Sequence record: SRR2962707_2060 | Strand: one strand, 5' to 3' | Length of the DNA: 20,000 bases | Shown here: positions 1 to 9,673 of the stretch, piece after piece | Numbering within the stretch: the stretch's first letter is position 1 | Layout: every line of letters begins with the position of its first letter | The notes under the pieces: model-generated | What the model was told of the DNA's origin: nothing | The model's input: only the letters and a program-made list of their open reading frames with translations | The model's database searches: none | Program-made: the position numbers and the translations under genes

Positions 1-2
1 AT

Positions 3-1325
3 ATTCGCGAAATTGTTGCTGGTATTCTCTCTGACGAGGGTCATGAGACGCGCACCGCGCACGATAGTGACAGCGCGCTTGCCGCGATTTCGGATCGTGT
101 TCCGCGTCTCATTTTCCTAGATATTTGGATGCAGGGCAGTAAACTTGATGGGCTTGGTTTGCTTGATGAAATTCAAGCGATGCATCCAGGCTTGCCTGTT
201 GTCATGATATCCGGACACGGCAATATTGAAACCGCCGTTTCGGCTATCCGCCGCGGTGCTTATGATTATATTGAAAAACCTTTTAAAGCAGATCGTTTGG
301 TGTTGATTGCAGAGCGAGCGTTAGAGACAAGCTCCATGCGCCGCGAAATTACGGAGCTAAAGCGCCGTTCAACTGATTCCTATGAACTGATTGGTAATTC
401 ATCGGCAATGATGAATCTGCGCCAAGCGATAGAGCGCGTTGGCCCAACCAACAGCCGTGTGTTGATCACAGGACCATCGGGATCAGGCAAAGAGTTGGTT
501 GCTCGCGCAATCCACAAAGCGTCTGAGCGATGCAATGGACCCTTCGTTACGATGAATGCGGCCGCGATTACGCCAAGCCGGATGGAAGTCGAACTTTTTG
601 GGATTGAGGCAAAGGGCAACGACCGTAAAGTCGGCGCTCTAGAGCAGGCTCATGGCGGCATTTTATATCTTGATGAAATTGCGGATATGCCGCTTGAAAC
701 GCAATCCAAAATTCTCCGCGTTTTGGTCGAGCAGGAATTTGAGCGGGTAGGCGGTGTACGGCGCGTAAAAGTGGATGTACGGATTATATCGTCGACGGCT
801 TTTGATTTGGAGGCCTTGATCGAGGCAGGGCGCTTTAGGCGCGATCTATATAGTCGTCTAGCCGTGGTTCCCTTGGACGTGCCGCCACTTTCTGGGCGCC
901 GTGAAGATATTGCCGGACTGGTGCAGGTTTTCATGAAGCAAATTTCTGCTCAGACGGGCATTCGCGCGAAGATTGTTGATTCGGATGCGATGGCTGTTCT
1001 TCAAGCTCATGCTTGGCCTGGAAATATTCGCCAATTGCGGAATACGATTGAGCGCCTCATGATCCTCACACGCGGTGAAAATGATGAAGTACCGATTACC
1101 GTTTCTATGTTGCCGCCAGAATTGAGCGAAAACTTACCCAAAGCGCCAACGGAATCAGATACGCACATCATGTCTCTACCGCTTCGTGAAGCGCGAGAAC
1201 GCTTTGAACGTGATTATCTTTTGGCTCAAATTTCCAGATTTGGCGGAAATATTTCACGCACGGCTGAATTTATTGGTATGGAGCGCTCAGCGCTTCATCG
1301 TAAATTGAAATCATTGGGGGTCTAA
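3..1325 (+). CDS. ntrX: NtrX response regulator (REC + AAA+ + Fis-type HTH); 5' end lies before the window
   Basis: The frame is open from position 3 (IREIVAGILSDEGHETRTAHDSDSALAAISDRVPRLIFLDIWMQGS), so ATG129 is internal. Phosphoacceptor FLDIW, Walker A GPSGSGKE, Walker B YLDEI, WPGNIRQLRN, C-terminal HTH GNISRTAEFIGMERSALHRKLK. Followed by trkA-dat-hfq-hflX, the usual rhizobial context. Confidence 0.95.
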   Translation: MREIVAGILSDEGHETRTAHDSDSALAAISDRVPRLIFLDIWMQGSKLDGLGLLDEIQAMHPGLPVVMISGHGNIETAVSAIRRGAYDYIEKPFKADRLVLIAERALETSSMRREITELKRRSTDSYELIGNSSAMMNLRQAIERVGPTNSRVLITGPSGSGKELVARAIHKASERCNGPFVTMNAAAITPSRMEVELFGIEAKGNDRKVGALEQAHGGILYLDEIADMPLETQSKILRVLVEQEFERVGGVRRVKVDVRIISSTAFDLEALIEAGRFRRDLYSRLAVVPLDVPPLSGRREDIAGLVQVFMKQISAQTGIRAKIVDSDAMAVLQAHAWPGNIRQLRNTIERLMILTRGENDEVPITVSMLPPELSENLPKAPTESDTHIMSLPLREARERFERDYLLAQISRFGGNISRTAEFIGMERSALHRKLKSLGV

Positions 1326-1331
1326 CAGGGC

Positions 1332-2708
1332 ATGCGCGTTATTATTTGTGGTGCTGGCCAAGTAGGCTACGGGATTGCTGAACGCCTAGCGGCGGAGGAC
1401 AATGATGTATCTGTAATCGATACATCGGCGAAGCTCATTCAACGGGTTCGTGATACGCTTGATGTGCGCGGATTTGTTGGCCATGGCAGCCATCCGGATG
1501 TCTTGGCGGCGGCTGGGGCGAATGATGCCGATATGATTATTGCGCTTACGCTTTATGATGAAGTGAACATGACCGCCTGTCAGGTGGCGCATTCGCTGTT
1601 TGAAGTGCCAACTAAGATTGCGCGTGTGCGTTCACAGTCCTATTTGCAATCACATTACCGCAATCTGTTTTCTCGTGATCATCTACCTATCGATGTGATT
1701 ATTTCACCGGAGCGCGAAGTGGGTGAGGTTGTTCTCAAACGCATTGCATTGCCCGGTGCAACCGATGTGGTTCAATTTGCCGATGATAATGTAACGATGA
1801 TGGCTATTGAGTGTCGTGAAGACTGCCCTGTTATAAACACGCCGCTTAATCAGCTCAGCGATTTGTTCCCCGATTTGGGTGCGACAGTGACGGCTGTTCG
1901 GCGCAACGATAATTTGTTCGTTGTGAAGTCTGGCGACCAACTGCTCGCCGGCGATTTGGCCTATGTTGTGGCGGTGAAGGGCCAAGTTCGACGTACGCTT
2001 GGCTTGTTTGGTCATGAAGAAACACAAGCGCGTCGTATCGTGATTGCAGGCGGTGGTAATATCGGTCTTTATGTGGCCTCTGAGCTTGAACGTCGTGGCT
2101 CGAAAGCAAATTTGAAAATTATTGAGTCTAATCGCGGACGCGCCGTTGAGGTTGCAGACCAGTTGCTGCGAACGATTGTCCTTCACGGCAGCGCTTTGGA
2201 TCAGCAAATTCTTCAAGAAGCCGATATTCAAGACGCTGAATTGATGGTTGCATTGACCAATGATGACCAAGTGAATGTGTTGTCGTCCGTCATGGCCAAA
2301 AAACTTGGCTGTCAATCAACGATGACGCTCATCAATGACTTGGCCTATCAAAGTTTTACCGATGTTTTGGGCTTGGACGCACAAATTAATCCAAGGGCAG
2401 TGACAATTTCACGCGTATTGCAGCATATGCGCCGCGGCCTTATTCGGCAGGTGCATTCGGTGCAAAAAGGACAAGCGGAAGTCATCGAAGCGCAAGCGCT
2501 TGAGACGTCTCCTTTGGTTGGCAAACCACTGCGTCATCAAGAGTTGCCCGAGGATGTTCGCATTGGTGCCGTTTACCGCGATGGTAAAGTGATTAGACCC
2601 AATGGCGACACCATCATCAAAGCGAATGACCGCGTTGTCATGTTTGCTAAAACGTCTGCCATTAAAAGTGTGGAACAACTGTTCCGCGTTAGCCTCGAAT
2701 TCTTCTAG
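1332..2708 (+). CDS. trkA: Trk potassium uptake system NAD-binding subunit TrkA
   Basis: 458 aa with two RCK_N Rossmann motifs (IICGAGQVG, VIAGGGNIG) and RCK_C repeats; starts 6 nt after the ntrX stop. Confidence 0.95.
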   Translation: MRVIICGAGQVGYGIAERLAAEDNDVSVIDTSAKLIQRVRDTLDVRGFVGHGSHPDVLAAAGANDADMIIALTLYDEVNMTACQVAHSLFEVPTKIARVRSQSYLQSHYRNLFSRDHLPIDVIISPEREVGEVVLKRIALPGATDVVQFADDNVTMMAIECREDCPVINTPLNQLSDLFPDLGATVTAVRRNDNLFVVKSGDQLLAGDLAYVVAVKGQVRRTLGLFGHEETQARRIVIAGGGNIGLYVASELERRGSKANLKIIESNRGRAVEVADQLLRTIVLHGSALDQQILQEADIQDAELMVALTNDDQVNVLSSVMAKKLGCQSTMTLINDLAYQSFTDVLGLDAQINPRAVTISRVLQHMRRGLIRQVHSVQKGQAEVIEAQALETSPLVGKPLRHQELPEDVRIGAVYRDGKVIRPNGDTIIKANDRVVMFAKTSAIKSVEQLFRVSLEFF

Positions 2709-2724
2709 GAATAGGATGAACTGA

Positions 2725-3603
2725 ATGTCGCGTATTGCCTATGTAAATGGTTCTTATGTGCCGCACAGCGAAGCGGCGGTGCATGTTGAAGACCGCGGTT
2801 ATCAATTTGCTGATGGCGTGTACGAAGTGTGCGAGGTGGCCAATGGCTGCATCATTGATCGCACGCGCCATCTAGATCGGCTTGATCGTTCGCTAAGTGA
2901 GTTACAAATCGCGTGGCCTGTTAAAAGGCAAGCTCTTGAACATATTATGAGCGAAGTGGTGATGCGCAACAGGGTCCACAATGGCCTTGTTTACTTGCAG
3001 GTCACACGCGGTGTCGCAAAGCGCGACCATGTTTTCCCGAATGCCCATACACCAAGTGCGTTGGTTGTTACCGCAAAACATACTTATCCTGCAGTTTCGG
3101 CAAAAAAATATGATGCAGGCATCGGCGTCATCACAGTTCCAGAAAATCGTTGGGCCCGCGTAGATATTAAGTCCGTTGGCTTGTTGCCGAATGTTATGGC
3201 GCGGCAATTGGCGAAAGAGCAGGGCTGCGGCGAAGCGTGGTTTGTGGATACTGATGGCTATGTAACTGAAGGTGGCGCAACCAACGCTTGGATCGTGACC
3301 GCTGACGGAACATTGGTAACACGTCCGGCTGAAAGCGGTATCTTGCGCGGCATTACCCGAACGGGCGCTATCGAAACAGCCAAGCGACTAGGGATCAAGT
3401 TTGAAGAACGCGCGTTCACAGTTGAAGAAGCGCAATCCGCGCGTGAAGCGTTTATCACTGCGGCAACAACCTTGGTAATGCCGGTGGTATCGATTGACGG
3501 TGTAGCGGTTGCCAACGGGCATCCAGGGTCAATCGTGTCTCAGCTTCGTGACGGGTTTATCCATGATGCGGAAAAAACGCCCGTCTATGGCAAATTTCGT
3601 TGA
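2725..3603 (+). CDS. dat: D-amino-acid aminotransferase (PLP fold type IV)
   Basis: EDRGYQFADGVYEV, catalytic Lys in DIKSVGLLPNV, TEGGATN and ILRGITR motifs; AGGA-type RBS upstream. Confidence 0.88.
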   Translation: MSRIAYVNGSYVPHSEAAVHVEDRGYQFADGVYEVCEVANGCIIDRTRHLDRLDRSLSELQIAWPVKRQALEHIMSEVVMRNRVHNGLVYLQVTRGVAKRDHVFPNAHTPSALVVTAKHTYPAVSAKKYDAGIGVITVPENRWARVDIKSVGLLPNVMARQLAKEQGCGEAWFVDTDGYVTEGGATNAWIVTADGTLVTRPAESGILRGITRTGAIETAKRLGIKFEERAFTVEEAQSAREAFITAATTLVMPVVSIDGVAVANGHPGSIVSQLRDGFIHDAEKTPVYGKFR

Positions 3604-3618
3604 CGGAATTTACAAAAA

Positions 3619-3663
3619 TAAGCAGTTTTCTTTCCTGTGCCACTAGAAGACTGCTTAGTTTTA
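3619..3663 (+). terminator. Probable intrinsic terminator after dat
   Basis: 13-bp stem TAAGCAGTTTTCT (3619-3631) / AGAAGACTGCTTA (3645-3657) with one G-U pair, followed by GTTTT; 15 nt after the dat stop. Confidence 0.6.
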
Positions 3664-3733
3664 CTTATATATTGATATCTAACAGGAAATTATGCCCGTC
3701 AATTCGGGCGCAATTGGATTAATGGCAATTAAA

Positions 3734-3985
3734 ATGGCAGAACGAGCACAGAACTTGCAGGACCAATTCTTAAATGCGGTCCGGAAACAAAAGATTTCGC
3801 TGACTATTTTTCTCGTTAATGGCGTTAAATTGACCGGTGTTGTTACCTCATTTGATAATTTCTGTGTGTTGTTGCGCCGTGATGGACACGCGCAACTGGT
3901 TTACAAACATGCGATTTCGACAATTATGCCTGGTGAGCCAGTGCAGATGTTTGAAGTCGAAACGACAGCTGCGGCCAACGATTGA
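3734..3985 (+). CDS. hfq: RNA chaperone Hfq
   Basis: [43 protein letters not shown]...[13 protein letters not shown] contains the Sm1/Sm2 motifs. ATG3734 is preferred over 3692 because it gives the typical alphaproteobacterial N-terminus. Confidence 0.97.
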   Translation: MAERAQNLQDQFLNAVRKQKISLTIFLVNGVKLTGVVTSFDNFCVLLRRDGHAQLVYKHAISTIMPGEPVQMFEVETTAAAND

Positions 3986-5400
3986 CCGATAAACCATTCG
4001 ACTTAGAGTCTTCTGACATCTTTGATGAAAAAGGACCGCATGGATCCTATGATCTTGCTGTGGAGCCAACGCGCGCAATCGTGATTGCGCCGGAGATTGG
4101 TCGTCGCTCGGTTGTTAAAGCGACATTTGCGAGCGGAACTATTGAACGTAGCGCCCAAGAGCGTCTTGTCGAAGCTGAAGGCCTAGCGCTCGCCATTGAT
4201 TTGGTGATTGCATACTCGGCTATCGTGACGGTTTCTAATCCACGTCCTGCGACTTTGCTTGGCTCTGGCAAGGTAAAAGAGCTTGCTGAAATTGTTAAAG
4301 CTGAACATGCGGAGCTTGTGGTTATTGACCATGCGCTAACGCCCGTGCAGCAGCGTAATTTAGAAAAAGAACTCAACGCCAAAGTTGTCGACCGGACCGG
4401 CCTAATTTTGGAAATTTTCGGCCGCCGTGCGCGCACCAAAGAGGGTGCGCTTCAGGTTGAGTTGGCGCATCTGAATTATCAACGCGGACGCCTTGTGCGC
4501 TCATGGACACACTTGGAGCGCCAGCGCGGCGGTGCGGGTTTCCTTGGTGGTCCGGGTGAAACGCAGATTGAGGCCGATCGGCGCATGCTGCGCGATAAGA
4601 TTAAGAGCCTCGAAGTTCAGCTTGAGGCTGTTCGGCGCACGCGCACGCTTCACCGTGCAAAACGCAAGAAAATTCCGCTGCCTGTGGTCGCTTTTGTTGG
4701 TTATACCAATGCGGGCAAATCAACACTCTTTAATCGGCTAACCGGCGCGACCGTTCACGCTGAAGATATGCTTTTTGCCACCTTGGACCCGACACTGCGC
4801 CGCGTTCAATTGCCCGGCGGCACTTGGATTATCTTATCTGATACGGTTGGCTTTATCTCTGATCTGCCTACGCATCTGGTTGCCGCGTTCCGTGCGACTT
4901 TGGAAGAGGTTCAAGAGGCAAATCTTGTGCTTCATGTCCATGATGCCTCTGATAGCGCCAGTGCAGCACAGGCAGACGATGTGCATCAAGTATTAAAAGA
5001 CCTCGACATTGATCCTGAAGATCGTAGCCACATTATTGAAGTGTGGAATAAAGCAGATGCTTTGAGCGCAGAAGAACGCGCGGGGCTGGAAAAGCGTTTG
5101 ATGCCGCTAAAAGGCGAAAAGGCCAATGCGGTTGCTACCAGCGCAATAAATGGCGACGGTATTAATGCGTTGCTTTCATTGATTGAGCAAAAAATTGCAG
5201 GTTCATTGGTCTCTCGCACTTTGCGCATAACACCAGATCATTTCGCTGATGTGGCATGGCTTTATGAGAATGCCATTGTTCGGCGCAGAAATGCAGAAGA
5301 AGATGGCACGTTAGTTATCGATGCAGACTTGACGCCTGAAAATTCTGAGGCCTATGACCGAAGGGTTGGAGAAATTAGTTCTGACTCGGCGGAGCAATAA
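3982..5400 (+). CDS. hflX: Ribosome-splitting GTPase HflX
   Basis: GYTNAGKST (G1), LFATLDPT (G2), DTVGFI (G3), WNKAD (G4), glycine-rich [19 protein letters not shown]. The TTG start overlaps the hfq TGA stop (TTGA); exact start not certain. Confidence 0.95.
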   Translation: MTDKPFDLESSDIFDEKGPHGSYDLAVEPTRAIVIAPEIGRRSVVKATFASGTIERSAQERLVEAEGLALAIDLVIAYSAIVTVSNPRPATLLGSGKVKELAEIVKAEHAELVVIDHALTPVQQRNLEKELNAKVVDRTGLILEIFGRRARTKEGALQVELAHLNYQRGRLVRSWTHLERQRGGAGFLGGPGETQIEADRRMLRDKIKSLEVQLEAVRRTRTLHRAKRKKIPLPVVAFVGYTNAGKSTLFNRLTGATVHAEDMLFATLDPTLRRVQLPGGTWIILSDTVGFISDLPTHLVAAFRATLEEVQEANLVLHVHDASDSASAAQADDVHQVLKDLDIDPEDRSHIIEVWNKADALSAEERAGLEKRLMPLKGEKANAVATSAINGDGINALLSLIEQKIAGSLVSRTLRITPDHFADVAWLYENAIVRRRNAEEDGTLVIDADLTPENSEAYDRRVGEISSDSAEQ

Positions 5401-5401
5401 A

Positions 5402-6451
5402 TTGGCACATCCAGATTTTGACATTCCTACATTTCATGACAGTTTGGATGAAATTCTGCCGCCTTCTGCTCGGTCTAATCTCATAGGTCATAAAGAGGCG
5501 ACCCAATATCTTATGAGCGCAGCGCTTGGCGGTCGGCATGCGCTTATATTGGATGGGGAGCAGGGGATTGGCAAAGCCACTGCCGCATTTCATTTAGCCA
5601 ATGCGCTGCTTGATGAAAGTATCAATGCTACTTCTGATCATTTGCCATCGCCAAATACCAGTTCAACAACCTATCGCCAGATCGCGCAAAATGCGCATCC
5701 AAATTTGCTCTATCTTACGCGGCCAAGAACGGATGACGGCAAGAGCTTTAAAACCGTTATTACGGTAGATGAAGTGCGCCGCATTCAGCGTTTTTTGGGC
5801 TTTACTTCATCAGGCAGCGAGCGGCGGATTATCATCATAGATAGCCTCGGTGATATGAATCGGAATGCCGCTAATGCCATTCTTAAAATGCTCGAAGAAC
5901 CGCCATCTAACACACTGTTTTTGTTGATTTCCCATGGTGTCGGTGGATTGCTTCCGACTATTCGTTCGCGCTGCCAGATTGTTCGCTTTCCTTCGCTTGA
6001 GGAAGCGCAAGTTGAAGAGGCTTTGCGGCTGATCGCTGGCGATATGCTTGACCCAGAAGAGTTTAAGCCTCTTGCTGCCTTATCGGGTGGTTCGGTGCGC
6101 CACGCCTTGCTTATGGCCCGCAATGGCGGATTGGAATTACAGGAAAGTTTGAGCCGTGTTCTTTCGGCTCCCAATTTTGACACAGGCGAAGTACATAAAC
6201 TGGCTGATGTTGCCGGTGCGCGCGGTGCCGATACGCATAATCTTTTATTGCGGCAGATGCTGCTTAGCACGCTGCGGGAGAGGGCTCTTGGGGCTGCGCA
6301 AGCTGGAGAGCTCGATTTGGCTGATAAAATTGCTCGCTTTGATGAAACACTAGGTGAGCGCAACCGAATTGCAGATGGCTATAATCTTGATCGCAGGCAA
6401 GAGTTTTTAATTGTTGCTGCGCAAGTGCATTCTTTGCTGCATGCGCATTAG
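5402..6451 (+). CDS. holB: DNA polymerase III subunit delta' (clamp loader)
   Basis: GEQGIGKAT, ITVDEVR, NAANAILKMLEEPP and LPTIRSRC motifs. TTG5402 is preferred over ATG5354: GGAG at 5391-5394 lies 7 nt upstream, and this start avoids a 47-nt overlap with hflX. Confidence 0.9.
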   Translation: MAHPDFDIPTFHDSLDEILPPSARSNLIGHKEATQYLMSAALGGRHALILDGEQGIGKATAAFHLANALLDESINATSDHLPSPNTSSTTYRQIAQNAHPNLLYLTRPRTDDGKSFKTVITVDEVRRIQRFLGFTSSGSERRIIIIDSLGDMNRNAANAILKMLEEPPSNTLFLLISHGVGGLLPTIRSRCQIVRFPSLEEAQVEEALRLIAGDMLDPEEFKPLAALSGGSVRHALLMARNGGLELQESLSRVLSAPNFDTGEVHKLADVAGARGADTHNLLLRQMLLSTLRERALGAAQAGELDLADKIARFDETLGERNRIADGYNLDRRQEFLIVAAQVHSLLHAH

Positions 6452-6526
6452 CGGCGAATTGACGGTTTCTTCGCGCGCTTAAATCGGTTACATGAAGCCA
6501 CGATTTCTCAAAAATACTATGAGTCT

Positions 6527-8059
6527 ATGAGCGACAAGTTTTACATCACAACACCGATTTTCTATCCTAACGGCGTTCCTCATATCGGTCATGCTTATAC
6601 AGCGATTGCGACCGATGTTTTGGCTCGCTTTCAGCGGCTGAACGGCAAAGATGTTTTCATGCTGACCGGTACGGATGAACACGGCCAGAAAATGCAGCGA
6701 ACGGCTGAAGCGCGCGGTATCACGCCTTTGCAGCTGGCTGATGAAAATGCTGCGGTGTTTAAAAATATGGTGGAGCGCTTTGGCTGCACACACCGCGAGT
6801 TTATCCGCACGACAGAAGAACGCCACAAGATTTCTACGCAGGCACTGTGGAAGCGCATGGAAGCCAATGGCGATATTTATCTTGATACTTATGGCGGCTG
6901 GTATTCTGTGCGTCAGGAAGCTTATTTTGACGAGGGCGAAACTGTTGTTGGCGAAGATGGTGTTCGCCGCGAACCGCTTGGCTCAGAAGTTGAATGGGTT
7001 GAAGAGGAAAGCTACTATTTCCGGTTATCAGCCTATGGCGACAAGCTGCTTGAATATTACGAGACGCATAAAGACTTCATCGCACCTCAAGAACGGCGCA
7101 ATGAAGTGCTGAGCTTTGTAAAGGGCGGATTACGCGATCTTTCGATCTCACGCACAACCTTTGATTGGGGCATTCCAGTGCCTGGCAACGACAAGCATGT
7201 GATGTATGTTTGGGTTGATGCGTTGACCAATTATATTACCGGTGCAGGATTTCCAGATACAGACGGCGCAGACTGGGCCTATTGGCCTGCCATTCATATC
7301 ATTGGCAAAGACATTATTCGTTTCCATGCGGTCTATTGGCCAGCGTTTTTGATGTCGGCTGGCGTTGAATTGCCCAAGCGCATCTTTGCGCATGGCTTCT
7401 TAAACAGCAATGGCGAAAAAATGTCCAAATCGGTTGGCAATGTTGTCGATCCATTTGCTTTGCTTGATACGTTTGGTCTCGATCAAGTGCGCTATTTCTT
7501 CATGCGCGAAGTGCCGTTCGGCAATGATGGCAATTATAACCATGATGCAATTGTAACGCGCATCAATGCGGATCTTGCAAATAATTTTGGTAATTTGGCT
7601 CAACGCTCATTGTCTATGATTGCGAAAAACTGTGATGGTAAAGTGCCAGAACATGGTGATTTTACTGCAGAAGATAAGGCTCTGCTAGATCAAGCGTATG
7701 GTATTTATGCGGGTGCTGCTGGATATATGGAAAGCCAACAGATCCATAAATATTTGGAATTGATTTGGAGCGTGCTTCATAATGCCAATCAATATGTAGA
7801 TACACAAGCGCCTTGGGGCCTTAAAAAGACCGATCCAGCGCGTATGGCAACGGTGCTTTATGTGGTGGCTGAAACGGTGCGTGTGTGTGCCATTGCAGCG
7901 TTGCCGGTCATGCCAACTAGTTGCGCACGCTTGCTTGATTTGCTTGGCGTGCCAGAAGACCAACGCCATTTCCATGTTGAAAATGCAGCGCTTGTATCGG
8001 GCACAGATTTGCCTGCGCCAGAAGGTGTGTTTCCGCGCTATGTGGAGCCAACAGTTTAA
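6527..8059 (+). CDS. metG: Methionine--tRNA ligase (short form)
   Basis: [17 protein letters not shown] (HIGH), [19 protein letters not shown] and KMSKS motifs; 510 aa with no C-terminal tRNA-binding/dimerisation domain. Confidence 0.97.
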   Translation: MSDKFYITTPIFYPNGVPHIGHAYTAIATDVLARFQRLNGKDVFMLTGTDEHGQKMQRTAEARGITPLQLADENAAVFKNMVERFGCTHREFIRTTEERHKISTQALWKRMEANGDIYLDTYGGWYSVRQEAYFDEGETVVGEDGVRREPLGSEVEWVEEESYYFRLSAYGDKLLEYYETHKDFIAPQERRNEVLSFVKGGLRDLSISRTTFDWGIPVPGNDKHVMYVWVDALTNYITGAGFPDTDGADWAYWPAIHIIGKDIIRFHAVYWPAFLMSAGVELPKRIFAHGFLNSNGEKMSKSVGNVVDPFALLDTFGLDQVRYFFMREVPFGNDGNYNHDAIVTRINADLANNFGNLAQRSLSMIAKNCDGKVPEHGDFTAEDKALLDQAYGIYAGAAGYMESQQIHKYLELIWSVLHNANQYVDTQAPWGLKKTDPARMATVLYVVAETVRVCAIAALPVMPTSCARLLDLLGVPEDQRHFHVENAALVSGTDLPAPEGVFPRYVEPTV

Positions 8060-8865
8060 TGGCGGCACTTGTTGATAGTCATTGCCATTTGAATTTTCCA
8101 GACTTTGCTGCAGAGCTCGATGCTGTGGTTGATCGCGCTCGTGCTGCTGGTTTGGTTAGAATGGTGACTATTTCTACGCGGGTACATCAGTTCGACCAAA
8201 TTTTGGCAATTGCTGATGCCTATGAGGACATTTATTGTTCAGTGGGGACGCATCCAGTGAACGCCCACGAGGAGCAGGATATAACGAGCGCCGAACTGTT
8301 GGCTCATGCCAAACACTCAAAAGTGGTTGCGATTGGCGAATCAGGGCTCGATTATTTTCATAGTACCGATCATATTCCGGCGCAAAAAATCAGCTTTGTT
8401 CATCATATTAATGCAGCGCGCCAATCGGGTCTGCCGCTTGTTATTCATGCGCGCGCGGCCGACGATGATATGGCTCAAATTTTGCGCGATGAAACAAACA
8501 AGAAGGGCCATTTTCCGTTTATTTTGCATTGTTATTCGTCGGGACCGGCGCTTGCAAAAGTCGGTGTTGAGCTTGGCGGCTATGTATCTTTTTCGGGTAT
8601 TTTGACCTTTAAAAACAGTCAAGAAATTCGTGATATTGCTAAAGACGTTCCAATGGAGCGGCTATTGGTTGAAACTGACGCGCCATACCTTGCGCCACCG
8701 CCACATCGCGGTAAGCGCAATGAGCCTGCTTTTGTTGCCGAAACGGCAAAAGTTTTGGCAGAGTGCATGGGCGTAAGTGCCGACGCAATTGCAGAGCAAA
8801 CGACTGAAAATTTCTATCGTCTATTCACCAAAGTGCCGAGGCATGATGAGGCGCTAAATGGGTGA
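8059..8865 (+). CDS. tatD: TatD family metal-dependent hydrolase/DNase
   Basis: DSHCHL, GTHP, IGESGLDY, VIHAR, ILHCYS and VETDAPYLAP motifs; TAATG stop/start overlap with metG. Confidence 0.93.
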   Translation: MAALVDSHCHLNFPDFAAELDAVVDRARAAGLVRMVTISTRVHQFDQILAIADAYEDIYCSVGTHPVNAHEEQDITSAELLAHAKHSKVVAIGESGLDYFHSTDHIPAQKISFVHHINAARQSGLPLVIHARAADDDMAQILRDETNKKGHFPFILHCYSSGPALAKVGVELGGYVSFSGILTFKNSQEIRDIAKDVPMERLLVETDAPYLAPPPHRGKRNEPAFVAETAKVLAECMGVSADAIAEQTTENFYRLFTKVPRHDEALNG

Positions 8866-9670
8866 GGGCGCTACATATCGCTTTACCGTGCTTGGTTGTG
8901 GTTCATCGCCAGGTGTTCCGCGCCTCAACGGTGATTGGGGTAAATGCGACCCAAGCAATCCAAAAAACCGTCGCCTACGCGCTTCTCTGCTTGTTGAGCG
9001 ATATTTGCCCGATGGGCGCAAAACAGTTGTGTGTATCGACACGGGGCCAGATTTTCGTGCTCAGATGATTGCGGCCAATGTCACGAAAATTGATGCTATA
9101 GTTTACACCCATGCCCATGCCGACCACGCCCATGGTATTGATGATTTGCGCACGTTTGTGATTATGCAGCAAAAGAGAATGGATATTTATGCGGATGTGG
9201 AGACCACAGATCGTCTTCGCGATGGATTCCGTTATTGCTTTGAATCTCCTGAAGGGAGTTCTTATCCGCCAATTCTAGATCCACACGAAATCAATCATAA
9301 TTTGCCATTTGTTGTTGAAGGTGAGGGTGGTTCGATCTCCTTTACGCCGCTTTTTCAACAGCATGGCAGCATTCACTCACTTGGTTTTAGGATCGGTGAT
9401 TTTGCTTATTGCTCTGACGTTTCTGAATATCCCGAGGCCACGTTAGAAAAAATGGCGGGTCTTGAAACGCTGATTATCGATGCCCTTCAATATAAAGAAC
9501 ATCCAAGCCATTTTTCCTTGGCGCAAGCGCTAAAGATCATCGAGCGGTTAAAGCCAAAATGTGCTTATTTAACGCATATGCATATTCCGCTTGATTACGA
9601 GACTGTTCTTGCTGAAACACCGGCGCATGTCGAGCCATGTTATGATGGCTTGGTGATTGAACACCGCTAA
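8858..9670 (+). CDS. MBL-fold metallohydrolase, PhnP-like phosphodiesterase family
   Basis: LGCGSSPGVP, IDTGPDFR, THAHADHAHGIDDLR (HxHxDH), YCSD, HPSH and LTHM motifs; 8-nt overlap with tatD, in its usual position after tatD. Confidence 0.88.
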   Translation: MGEGATYRFTVLGCGSSPGVPRLNGDWGKCDPSNPKNRRLRASLLVERYLPDGRKTVVCIDTGPDFRAQMIAANVTKIDAIVYTHAHADHAHGIDDLRTFVIMQQKRMDIYADVETTDRLRDGFRYCFESPEGSSYPPILDPHEINHNLPFVVEGEGGSISFTPLFQQHGSIHSLGFRIGDFAYCSDVSEYPEATLEKMAGLETLIIDALQYKEHPSHFSLAQALKIIERLKPKCAYLTHMHIPLDYETVLAETPAHVEPCYDGLVIEHR

Positions 9671-9673
9671 GTT

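Noticed and set aside
1704..2315. 203-aa antisense ORF inside trkA
   Set aside because: Fully overlaps a well-conserved gene and has no recognisable motif; typical shadow ORF.
1332..2708. trkA without an adjacent trkH
   Set aside because: The ntrX-trkA-dat-hfq-hflX arrangement with trkH elsewhere is, from recollection, ordinary in Rhizobiales.
3692..3733. N-terminally extended Hfq (97 aa)
   Set aside because: The typical Hfq N-terminus begins at MAER (3734); the extension coincides with a leader hairpin.
5354..5401. Longer holB start (ATG5354) overlapping hflX by 47 nt
   Set aside because: TTG5402 has a well-spaced GGAG, and the extra 16 aa look like an off-frame read of hflX.
5785..6363. 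192-aa antisense ORF inside holB, and similar shadow ORFs in ntrX, hflX, metG, emrB and dacA
   Set aside because: Ser/Ala/Arg-rich composition typical of reverse-frame reads of real genes; no independent support.
6459..6490. TTGACG -35-like hexamer upstream of metG
   Set aside because: No convincing -10 at 16-18 nt spacing. An internal promoter remains possible but is not supportable.
5402..8059. Missing zinc-binding cysteines in HolB and MetG, and the short MetG
   Set aside because: These are known variants, common in alphaproteobacteria.
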